This document shows positions 25,786 through 33,326 of a stretch of 64,000 bases of DNA, in pieces. Source of the DNA: Magnetospiraceae bacterium (lineage in GTDB: Bacteria; Pseudomonadota; Alphaproteobacteria; Rhodospirillales; JBMYUJ01). A model generated the notes under the pieces. That model saw only the letters and a list, made by a program, of their open reading frames with translations, did no database searches and was not told the DNA's origin. Each line of letters opens with the position of its first letter. Positions within the stretch are counted from its first letter, which is position 1. The stretch lies in the NCBI GenBank assembly GCA_049605255.1, contig JBMYUJ010000006.1, forward strand, positions 7,608-71,607. The letters run 5' to 3'. Position numbers and translations under genes: made by a program.

Positions 25786-27087
25786 TCAGGTTTTCATCAT
25801 CTTCTGCAGAACCTCAATATCCGTCTCGATATTCTCCGCTTCCGCATCCAGATCGCGCACATAACGGGATCGGAAATAATCCTCCAAATCCGCCAGCGCC
25901 TGTTCCACCTTGGCCAAGGTGGCATCCAACTGGTCGCTTTGCACCCGCTTGCGGCTCAGGTCCACATAGCTTTCCACCAGGTTGCGGGCGGTTTGCAGGT
26001 AATAGTGGGTAAATTCGTGGGATTTCGGAATTTCCCGCGGGTCCAGCAAAAAGCTTTCCACAACCCGCCCGGCCAGATCACGGATCGTCCCTACCTTGCC
26101 TTTGATGGGCTCCACCAGAGACTCCGACGCGGCATCCAATGCGGTCAAATGGGCACGGGCGGTTTCCACCGTGACAACAGCCTGATCCAAATCCAGATAG
26201 ACCCCCGTGGCGGCGGCCGCATCGGCAATATCATCGCGTAAGGTTCGGGGCTTCGGCAGGGCCAGCATCAGACCGGCGCCGGTTAATACGCCGCCCCCCG
26301 CGCCCACGGCGAATTCGCTGAACGGAAACAGCGCTGGCGCCACGGTTCCCAGCCCTAACGCGGCGGCAATAGCGCCCAACCCGGCGAGAATCGGTCGCGC
26401 ATTGGTGGTGCCGCCCCACACTTTGGCCTTCTGCCAAACGCTACGCACGGCGCTATCGGCCCAGGTCACCGCGCGTTCGATGATGCCTGGCTCCACAAAC
26501 CGGCTTTTGAACATATCCCGAAAGGCTGTATCCATGCGCACGGCGTCCACGGGGCGTCCGAATTCCAGTTCGATCCGTTTGGCGCTCTCACCTTCGGGCC
26601 ATAGAGGTAGATTGGCCACCCCCAACAGGCGCCGCAAACGGTCCAGCAAACGCAATTCCGTCGGTGTTACCACGCCATCCGCATCGGCAATCTGCACCAT
26701 GGCAAGATAGATATGACGCCGCAAAACCGGCCGGTCCGCATAGAGTCGGCCCAAATAGCGGGCAACATCTTCAAAATCCGCCAGAGTATCCTTGGCATCA
26801 TCCCACAACCGTGCAATGCGCGCCTCTTCCCTCTTGGGGATGGAAAACATCCGCTTGAATGTGGCGACTTCTTCCCGCGCCACAGATCCATCGGCCTTGG
26901 CCAGCTTGGCCCCCAAGGCCACCACGGCGGCGCCCAGGGCTTCCGGTTCGCTGGGATGATGCGCCAACAGATTCTTATCATCTGACTTGCGGTCCAACTT
27001 ATGACCGATCCAAATGCCGATGGCGGCGCCAATTGGCCCGCCCACCATCATACCGGTAATGCCGCCAATGATTTTATATCTGATCAC
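25786..27087 (-). CDS. Membrane protein fusing a TerB-like domain to an XpaC-like (5-bromo-4-chloroindolyl phosphate hydrolysis family) C-terminal domain
   Basis: GTG start with GGAGA 5 nt upstream. Glycine-zipper TM (IIGGITGMMVGGPIGAAIGIWIG). TerB-like region (AAVVALGAKLAKADGSVAREEVATFKRMF...VQIADADGVVTPTELRLLDRL). Two central TM helices. Helical tail (THYYLQTARNLVESYVDLS...) resembling XpaC/TelA-type domains. Confidence 0.6.
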   Translation of the reverse strand: MIRYKIIGGITGMMVGGPIGAAIGIWIGHKLDRKSDDKNLLAHHPSEPEALGAAVVALGAKLAKADGSVAREEVATFKRMFSIPKREEARIARLWDDAKDTLADFEDVARYLGRLYADRPVLRRHIYLAMVQIADADGVVTPTELRLLDRLRRLLGVANLPLWPEGESAKRIELEFGRPVDAVRMDTAFRDMFKSRFVEPGIIERAVTWADSAVRSVWQKAKVWGGTTNARPILAGLGAIAAALGLGTVAPALFPFSEFAVGAGGGVLTGAGLMLALPKPRTLRDDIADAAAATGVYLDLDQAVVTVETARAHLTALDAASESLVEPIKGKVGTIRDLAGRVVESFLLDPREIPKSHEFTHYYLQTARNLVESYVDLSRKRVQSDQLDATLAKVEQALADLEDYFRSRYVRDLDAEAENIETDIEVLQKMMKT

Positions 27088-27137
27088 ACCACCTGTCTCC
27101 GCGCCCTAAGTCCATCAATACCCTTGCAGAATGTAGC

Positions 27138-27710
27138 TTATTTACCCGGCTTTTCCAGTCGGGTCAGCGTGACTGGCTCCTTTGGGTCAAACAGGGTCGC
27201 GGGATCGGCGGCGCTGAGAAATGCTGCTAATTCCGCCGTGCTGGCGGTGATCTTTGCGGAGGCGAACTCTTTTTTGGGCAGCGTCCCGGCGATTTTGCCG
27301 TCTCGGATCGCGGCTTCGAAGCCATCCTCATCGGCGAGCCACAGGGTCAGGGAGTCGCCGTCGATAACGTACCGTACCAACAGATAAACCTCCGATTCAT
27401 CGGGGTCGCGCACACTCAGATAATCATGCGTGCCCAAATGCGCCGTATAGGCGATCATCTGATCCCAACCCGCCGAGGGCTCCCCCTGGTCTTCACCATA
27501 TTGGATCATCAGCGCATCCAGGCCGCCATCTTCGCGGTTAACCAGATGCATATACACTATTTCATCGTCATCATGCCCCTGCCAGGCGCTGATCAGCCGG
27601 GGATCGGGCGTCGTGGCGTCGGGCACCGCGATGGGGTGGGTGAATTCCGGAAGGCAGCCGCCGAGCACCATTATGAGCAAAAGGGCAAAGCCCTGCCTTG
27701 GGAAAACCAT
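27138..27710 (-). CDS. Lipoprotein of unknown function
   Basis: AGGAGG SD. Signal peptide with lipobox (LLLIMVLGGC). 190 aa, no family recognised. Confidence 0.6.
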   Translation of the reverse strand: MVFPRQGFALLLIMVLGGCLPEFTHPIAVPDATTPDPRLISAWQGHDDDEIVYMHLVNREDGGLDALMIQYGEDQGEPSAGWDQMIAYTAHLGTHDYLSVRDPDESEVYLLVRYVIDGDSLTLWLADEDGFEAAIRDGKIAGTLPKKEFASAKITASTAELAAFLSAADPATLFDPKEPVTLTRLEKPGK

Positions 27711-27816
27711 GATCTTACGCCCTCCTGCCGGGGGTGGAGATGCCGCCCGCGTTAAGAATATCTCTACGCTCCCTATTCTATATCATAGGCAGCGTTGAAA
27801 CGACCGCCGATCCCAC

Positions 27817-27833
27817 GGCCAGGAGACCCGACC
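27817..27833 (+). promoter_or_regulatory. B12-box-like motif overlapping the SD of the SYLF gene (possible degenerate cobalamin riboswitch 3' element)
   Basis: GGCCAGGAGACCCGACC compared with the B12-box consensus AGYCMGGAGACCKGCC: the core GCCAGGAGACC matches 11 of 11. ATG is at 27835. Upstream pieces (GGGTGAATTCCGG..GGCAGCCGCCGAGCAC at ~27634-27668) only loosely resemble the riboswitch core and lie antisense to a lipoprotein gene. Confidence 0.2.
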
Positions 27834-27834
27834 A

Positions 27835-28503
27835 ATGAGTTTTCAAAAGCCCTTTTTTGCCGTCTTCATCGCGGCATTCCTGCTCTCGCCCCTCACGGCC
27901 CGCGCCGACGGCCCGGCGGAAACGGTGGAGCGGGCCCATATTATCGTCAAGAACGTGCTGTCCGAGCCCAATTTCGAACGGGCCCGCGAACAAATGCGCG
28001 ATGCCAAGGCGGTGTTGATCATGCGCCTGTTTAAGGCGGGATTGATCGTTGGGGGCGAAGGCGGTTCCGGCGTTCTCCTGGCCCGGCGCGAGGATGGCAG
28101 TTGGAGCCAGCCCGCGTTCTTTTCCCTGGCCGCGGGCAGTGTCGGCCTGCAGATCGGGGTCAAGGATTCCGAGGTGATTTTCATCATCCGTACCAAAAAG
28201 GGCCTGGATGCGATCCTGAACGATGAAGTGAAGCTGGGCGGCGAGGTTTCCGTCACCGCGGGCACCCTGGGCGGCGGCGTCTCCGGCGCCACGACCACCA
28301 ATATGGGCGCCGATATCGTGTCTTGGTCGTTGGCCCGGGGTGCCTATGGCGGCGGTGCTTTTGAAGGTGCGCTGATCAAACCCCTTGCCGACGACAACGC
28401 CGCCTATTACGCCGCTGAATTGGGCCCGCGGGAGATCATCTTCGGAGATTCCGCTTTCAATCCGGGGGCGACCCCGCTGCGCACGACCCTTGGCGCCTAC
28501 TGA
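27835..28503 (+). CDS. Secreted SYLF (Ysc84/DUF500) lipid-binding domain protein
   Basis: Signal peptide ([17 protein letters not shown]). The core [36 protein letters not shown] is typical of SYLF domains. Ends 17 nt before cobQ. Confidence 0.75.
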   Translation: MSFQKPFFAVFIAAFLLSPLTARADGPAETVERAHIIVKNVLSEPNFERAREQMRDAKAVLIMRLFKAGLIVGGEGGSGVLLARREDGSWSQPAFFSLAAGSVGLQIGVKDSEVIFIIRTKKGLDAILNDEVKLGGEVSVTAGTLGGGVSGATTTNMGADIVSWSLARGAYGGGAFEGALIKPLADDNAAYYAAELGPREIIFGDSAFNPGATPLRTTLGAY

Positions 28504-28519
28504 CCGCCCCCCTGCCCTG

Positions 28520-29953
28520 ATGATTCAGGGCACCGGCTCGGACGTAGGGAAATCCCTGATCGTCGCGGGCCTGTGCCGGGCCTTTACCCGCCAGGGCCTG
28601 CGGGTGGCCCCGTTCAAGGCACAGAATATGTCCAACAACGCCGCCGTCACCCCGGATGGCGGCGAGATCGGACGCGCCCAGGCCCTGCAAGCGCGGGCCT
28701 GCGGCCGCGCGGCCCATACGGATATGAACCCGGTGCTGCTGAAACCGCAAGCCGATATGGGGGCCCAGGTGGTGGTGCAGGGTAAAATCTGGGGCAATGC
28801 CACGGCCCGGGATTATCAGGCTTTGAAGCCGAAAATTTTACCGAAGGTTCTGGAGTCCTTTCAGCGGCTTTCCACCGATGTTGATATCCTGCTGGTAGAA
28901 GGCGCGGGCGGCGCGGCAGAGGTCAATCTGCGGGCCGGGGATATCGCCAATATGGGCTTCGCCGAGGCCGCCGGTTTGCCCGTGGTGTTGGTGGGGGATG
29001 TCGACCGGGGCGGCGTTCTGGCCGCCATCGTCGGCACCCAAGAGCTTCTTGTGAAAGGTGATAAAGATCGCTTATCTGCTTATATTATCAATAAATTTCG
29101 AGGAGACCTGCGCCTGTTTGATCCGGCGGTGGAGATCATGACCACCCGCACGGGCCTGCCCTGCCTGGGGGTCGTGCCCTGGTTCGATGGCGCCCGGCTG
29201 CTCCCCGCCGAGGACGCTTTCAGCCTGGATAACCGGGCGGCGGATCGATCCGGCGGGCGCCTGGTGATCGCCGTGCCCCGCCTTGCCCGCATTGCCAATT
29301 TCGATGATGTCGATCCCCTGCGCGCGGAACCCGAGGTCGACCTGCGCATGATCCCCGCTGGCCAGCCTTTGCCCGGCGATGCGGACATGGTCATCTTGCC
29401 CGGGTCGAAGGCCACGCGGGCCGATCTCGCCTTTTTTACCGACCAAGGCTGGGATATCGACTTGCGGGCCCATCTCCGCCGGGGCAAGCGTGTGGTCGGC
29501 CTGTGCGGCGGCTATCAGATGCTGGGCAAGGCGGTGCATGATCCCGATGGCATGGAAGGCCCGCCGGGCACCACCCCTGGGCTTGGGTTACTAGACCTGG
29601 AAACCACCCTGGGCGGGGATAAAACCCTGCAGGAAGTTTCGGGGACCGAGGCCCGCAGCGGCGCGGTTATTCAAGGCTATGAAATGCATATCGGGGTCAG
29701 CGACGGGCCCGCCCGGGCGCGACCCTGGTTCCGCCTGGCGGACGGGCGCGGCGAAGGCGCGGTATCGGATACCGGCCAGGTCTGCGGCACCTACTTGCAT
29801 GGGGTGTTTGCCAGCGATGGGTTTCGCGCGGATTTTCTGAGCACCGCGTCGGATACTGCCTTCGATCAAACCGTGGAAGCCGCGCTCGATGCGCTGGCCG
29901 CCCATTTGGAAGCCCATCTGGACCTGGACGCCCTGCACGCCCTGGCCCGATGA
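28520..29953 (+). CDS. cobQ: Cobyric acid synthase
   Basis: N-terminus [12 protein letters not shown] (P-loop-like), a CobQ/CbiP central domain, and a C-terminal glutamine amidotransferase ([16 protein letters not shown]). The track ORF start (28385) would overlap the SYLF gene by 119 nt. Confidence 0.9.
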   Translation: MIQGTGSDVGKSLIVAGLCRAFTRQGLRVAPFKAQNMSNNAAVTPDGGEIGRAQALQARACGRAAHTDMNPVLLKPQADMGAQVVVQGKIWGNATARDYQALKPKILPKVLESFQRLSTDVDILLVEGAGGAAEVNLRAGDIANMGFAEAAGLPVVLVGDVDRGGVLAAIVGTQELLVKGDKDRLSAYIINKFRGDLRLFDPAVEIMTTRTGLPCLGVVPWFDGARLLPAEDAFSLDNRAADRSGGRLVIAVPRLARIANFDDVDPLRAEPEVDLRMIPAGQPLPGDADMVILPGSKATRADLAFFTDQGWDIDLRAHLRRGKRVVGLCGGYQMLGKAVHDPDGMEGPPGTTPGLGLLDLETTLGGDKTLQEVSGTEARSGAVIQGYEMHIGVSDGPARARPWFRLADGRGEGAVSDTGQVCGTYLHGVFASDGFRADFLSTASDTAFDQTVEAALDALAAHLEAHLDLDALHALAR

Positions 29954-29968
29954 TGCTATCCTTCTGCC

Positions 29969-31057
29969 ATGGATGACACCCCGCCCTCCGACCGACCTTT
30001 GCGCGCTGGCTGGACCACCGGCGCCTGCGCCTGCGCTGCGGCCGTGGCGGCCTATACGGCTTTGGTCACCCGGCGGTTTCCAGACCCGGTCACCATCCAG
30101 TTGCCAAAGGGATTGACCCCCCGCTTTCCCTTGAGCCAAACCGAGCTGCGCGACGATTGGGCCAGCGCGGGCATCGTCAAGGATGCGGGCGACGACCCGG
30201 ATGTGACCCATGGCGCAAAGATCATCGCCCGCGTCATGCGGCGATCCGGCACGGGTGAGCCCCAGTTCGCGGCGGGCCCCGGGGTCGGTACGGTAACCAA
30301 ACCGGGCTTGCCGATCCCCGTGGGGGAACCCGCCATCACCCCCAAACCGCGGGCCATGATTCTCGATAATCTCGCCCGTACCGCGCGGGACCTGGGGCAG
30401 GATTGGCCCGCGCCCCTCACCATTACCTTGTCGATCCCGGGCGGCGAAAAAATCGCGGAAAAGACCATGAATGGGCGCCTCGGCATTGTTGGGGGTCTAT
30501 CCATCCTCGGCACCACCGGGGTGGTGGTGCCCTATTCCATCAGCGCCTGGATTCATTCCATCCACCGGGCCGTGGATGTGGCCCTGGCCGATGGGCAGAC
30601 CCATCTGGTTGCCAGCACCGGATCAACGTCGGAGGCGGCGGCCCTGGCGCGGCTCGGCCTGCCCGAGATCGCCGCCATCGAAATGGGCGGCCATGCGGGG
30701 GCCCTGTTCAAATATCTACGCCGGGCGCGGCCCGAGCGCCTGACCCTCGCGGGCGGGGTGGGCAAGATGATGAAGCTGGGCCAGGGTGCCCTCGATCTGC
30801 ATTCCGGCCAGTCTCGGGTCAACAGCCAGCAAGTGGCCGGGTGGATCGATGCGGCGGGCGGTGATGGCGGCGCCATTTTGGGGATGGAAAGCGCCGCCAC
30901 CATGCTCATGCAAACTGTTAATATTGGTGTTGATCTTTCTGATTTAATTTCTAAAAAAGCTTTGGAAACGGCGCGGCAGAATCTGCACTCGCAGACCGCG
31001 GTTTCGGTTCTGGTATTTGATCGCGGCGGGAAATTACTGGGCCAGACGGATGGCTAA
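29969..31057 (+). CDS. cbiD: Cobalt-precorrin-5B (C1)-methyltransferase
   Basis: LRAGWTTGACACAAAVAA N-terminal signature, KDAGDDPDVTHG, and GLSILGTTGVVVPYS. Confidence 0.85.
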   Translation: MDDTPPSDRPLRAGWTTGACACAAAVAAYTALVTRRFPDPVTIQLPKGLTPRFPLSQTELRDDWASAGIVKDAGDDPDVTHGAKIIARVMRRSGTGEPQFAAGPGVGTVTKPGLPIPVGEPAITPKPRAMILDNLARTARDLGQDWPAPLTITLSIPGGEKIAEKTMNGRLGIVGGLSILGTTGVVVPYSISAWIHSIHRAVDVALADGQTHLVASTGSTSEAAALARLGLPEIAAIEMGGHAGALFKYLRRARPERLTLAGGVGKMMKLGQGALDLHSGQSRVNSQQVAGWIDAAGGDGGAILGMESAATMLMQTVNIGVDLSDLISKKALETARQNLHSQTAVSVLVFDRGGKLLGQTDG

Positions 31058-31787
31058 GCGGCTGCTCATCTTGGGTGGAACGGGGGAAGCCCGCGCGCTG
31101 GCAGAGGCCCTCGCGCCCCGCTTTAAGGTTACCACGTCTTTGGCGGGCCGAACCGCCGTTCCAAAATCCCTGCCCGGTACGGTCAGAAGCGGGGGTTTTG
31201 GCGGAGAGGCCGGTTTTACCGCTTATCTTCAGGCAGAAAAATTCGATGCTGTCATCGATGCCACCCATCCCTTTGCCCGCGTCATGCCCCATACCGCCAA
31301 GACAATCTGCGATGCCCTGGATCTGCCGCGCCTGCGATTGCTGCGCCCCGGCTGGCAGCCGCAGCCCGGCGATGATCGGACCTATGTGAGCGACCTCGCC
31401 GAGGCCGCGCTGCTCCTGCCGCTGCTCTGCCAACGGGCGCTGATCACCTCGGGGCGGGAGGGGCTCACCGCCCTCGCCAACCTGCCCACGGTGCATCTGG
31501 TGATCCGCCTGATGGCGCCGCTGGCGGACCCGCCCCCCTTTCAATCGGCGGAAATCCTGATCGCGGCGCCGCCTTTTGAGGCCGTTGCGGAGCGGGCCCT
31601 GATGATTGACCGGCAGATCGGCGCATTGGTTACAAAAGATAGCGGCGGCAAGGCCATGGCGGGGAAAATCACCGCCGCCCGTGACCTCCGCTTGCCGGTG
31701 ATCCTCCTGAAGCGCCCCCCGGCACCGGACGGCCCCCAGGCGGAGACGGTGGATGCGACGGTGCAATGGGTCGAGACCCACATCTGA
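31050..31787 (+). CDS. cobK: Precorrin-6A / cobalt-precorrin-6A reductase
   Basis: N-terminus RLLILGGTGEARALAEAL, DATHPFA motif, and C-terminal VTKDSGG. ATG at 31050 overlaps the end of cbiD by 8 nt. Confidence 0.8.
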   Translation: MAKRLLILGGTGEARALAEALAPRFKVTTSLAGRTAVPKSLPGTVRSGGFGGEAGFTAYLQAEKFDAVIDATHPFARVMPHTAKTICDALDLPRLRLLRPGWQPQPGDDRTYVSDLAEAALLLPLLCQRALITSGREGLTALANLPTVHLVIRLMAPLADPPPFQSAEILIAAPPFEAVAERALMIDRQIGALVTKDSGGKAMAGKITAARDLRLPVILLKRPPAPDGPQAETVDATVQWVETHI

Positions 31788-31805
31788 CTCTAAAATAGAG
31801 ACCCT

Positions 31806-31844
31806 AATGCGCCCTTCATCCGATGGACGCATTTTTTCATTTTT
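31806..31844 (+). terminator. Weak rho-independent terminator after cobK
   Basis: Stem AATGCG/CGCATT (31806-31811 / 31828-31833) followed by TTTTTTCATTTTT. Confidence 0.4.
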
Positions 31845-31847
31845 GCC

Positions 31848-31900
31848 GGTTTGTCAAGGGCGCTGAGCGCCCGCTTTGCGGGGTAACCCCTTGACAAGCC
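31848..31900. repeat. Compound palindromic element in the cobK / cobM convergent gap
   Basis: Outer stem GGTTTGTCAAGGG / CCCTTGACAAGCC (10 perfect bp plus 3 with one G-U pair). It encloses two short hairpins: CGC-tga-GCG and CCCGC-ttt-GCGGG. No flanking U-tract. Confidence 0.4.
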
Positions 31901-31971
31901 ATCGAAAATGTAATTTTCCGCCAGCATCGGTGGAAGGGCGAGTTCCAAGCACGACAGGAAACGTTCCACCC

Positions 31972-32733
31972 TTATGCGGTTTTTTCCGGCCGCAGCACAT
32001 GGGTGAAATCGGCATCGTATAGATTGCTATCCGCCACCATGGCGCCATCCAGCACCCGCCCCACCAGGATCAGCGCGGTGCGGGTGAGGCCCGCCGCTTT
32101 GACTTTATCGCGGATGGTCGCGAGGGTGCCGTGCAAAAACGCCTCGTCGGGCCAGCTCACCCGGTACGCCACAACCACGGGGCAATCGGCGCCGTAAAGC
32201 GGGGTCAGGGTTTTCACCACATGGGCGAGGTTATTGACCGACAGATGAATGGCGAGGGTGGCCCCGCTTTGGCCCAGGGTGGCCAAGTCTTCCCCCGCGG
32301 GCATGGGGGTGCGCACCCCGGTGCGGGTCAGGATGATGGTTTGGGAAATCTCCGGCAAGGTGAGTTCCCGCCCCAAAGCCGCCGCTGCTGCCGCATAGGC
32401 AGACACCCCCGGGGTGATATCATAGGGAATACCGAGGGCAGCCAACCGGGCCATTTGCTCGGCAATCGCCCCATAAAGCGATGGATCGCCGGAATGCACC
32501 CGGGCGATATCCATTCCCTGCGCATGGGCGGCTTTTATCTCTGCAATAATCGCATCCAGATGCAGGGGCGCGGTATCGATAAGGCGCGCGGTTTCGGGTG
32601 CTTCGGCCACCACCTCCGGCGGCACCAGCGACCCGGCATAGAGCACCAGCCCCGCCGTGCGGATCAGATTGAGCCCACGCAGGGTGATTAGATCGGGCGC
32701 CCCCGGCCCGGCGCCGATGAAATGAACGGTCAG
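31972..32733 (-). CDS. cobM: Precorrin-4 / cobalt-precorrin-4 C11-methyltransferase, probable CTG start
   Basis: The track ORF starts at GTG 32646, but the 29 in-frame codons upstream encode the conserved N-terminus TVHFIGAGPGAPDLITLRGLNLIRTAGL. The only near-cognate start after the upstream in-frame TGA is CTG at 32733-32731, which overlaps the stop of the preceding gene (CTGA). Confidence 0.85.
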   Translation of the reverse strand: MTVHFIGAGPGAPDLITLRGLNLIRTAGLVLYAGSLVPPEVVAEAPETARLIDTAPLHLDAIIAEIKAAHAQGMDIARVHSGDPSLYGAIAEQMARLAALGIPYDITPGVSAYAAAAAALGRELTLPEISQTIILTRTGVRTPMPAGEDLATLGQSGATLAIHLSVNNLAHVVKTLTPLYGADCPVVVAYRVSWPDEAFLHGTLATIRDKVKAAGLTRTALILVGRVLDGAMVADSNLYDADFTHVLRPEKTA

Positions 32734-33326
32734 CGGACCATATCCACGGCGGCATCGAAGGCGGCATCCACCAGGATATCCAGCACCTTGCCGCTTTTTC
32801 GGTCGATCAGCACAACGTCATTCTCGACCACGCGGATGATCTGATGCTCGCGCGATGGCATTTGGGTTTGCAGCTTCTGCGGCAGTTCCCGCTTGGCAAG
32901 GCCCGGCGGCAATTGTTCCCGCTTGGCCAATCCCGGCGGTAGGCCCTGACGCTTGGCGAGGCCGGGGGGCATGCCCTTGCTCTTGCCCTTTCCGGCATGC
33001 TTGTTACCCTTGCCTTTACCCTTCCCTTTGCCTTTGCCTTTGCCCTTCCCGCCATCATCGTCGTCGCGATGTTCGTAGCGGTATTCCTTGATCTGATATT
33101 CTTCGATGGAGGCGCGGCGGATGCGTTCGTAATAGTTATTGATCCGGGCCCGCTCGGCGTCGGTGAACAGGGCGCTTTCCACGCCATCAACGATCGACTC
33201 CTTCACCGAATCCGTCGCCGCGTCGATGGCGGCCCCGGTGGCTTTTTCCAGCATGCCAGCGGCCCCGGCGGGCGCGGCGAAACACAGGCCCAAGGCGGCG
33301 GCAGTGGCGATCAGGGAGGCTCTCAT
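32730..33326 (-). CDS. Secreted RcnB/CigR-like repeat protein embedded in the cob operon
   Basis: Signal peptide (LIATAAALGLCFAAPAGAAG), DDDD-GG-(KG)7, and three PPGLAKR units. C-terminal segment HQIIRVVENDVVLIDRKSGKVLDILV resembles the RcnB/CigR (PF11776-type) C-terminal fold. ATGA overlap upstream, CTGA overlap downstream. Confidence 0.6.
   Translation of the reverse strand: MRASLIATAAALGLCFAAPAGAAGMLEKATGAAIDAATDSVKESIVDGVESALFTDAERARINNYYERIRRASIEEYQIKEYRYEHRDDDDGGKGKGKGKGKGKGKGNKHAGKGKSKGMPPGLAKRQGLPPGLAKREQLPPGLAKRELPQKLQTQMPSREHQIIRVVENDVVLIDRKSGKVLDILVDAAFDAAVDMVR
32883..32969 (-). repeat. Three tandem ~30-nt coding repeats (PPGLAKRxxL)
   Basis: The unit GCTTGGC.A..CCCGGCGG recurs three times on the + strand. 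Translated on the - strand: PPGLAKRQGL, PPGLAKREQL, PPGLAKREL. Confidence 0.8.
33006..33047 (-). repeat. Hexanucleotide coding microsatellite encoding (Lys-Gly)7
   Basis: The + strand reads ACC CTT GCC TTT ACC CTT CCC TTT GCC TTT GCC TTT GCC CTT, i.e. alternating Gly and Lys codons on the - strand. Confidence 0.85.

Noticed and set aside
28385-28519. Upstream extension of cobQ (track start 28385)
   Set aside because: It would overlap the SYLF gene by 119 nt. CobQ homology ([12 protein letters not shown]) begins at the ATG at 28520.
31854-32048. 64-aa ORF spanning the cobK / cobM gap
   Set aside because: It overlaps the 3' end of cobM and the palindromic element. It has no SD and an unremarkable composition, so it is most likely non-coding.
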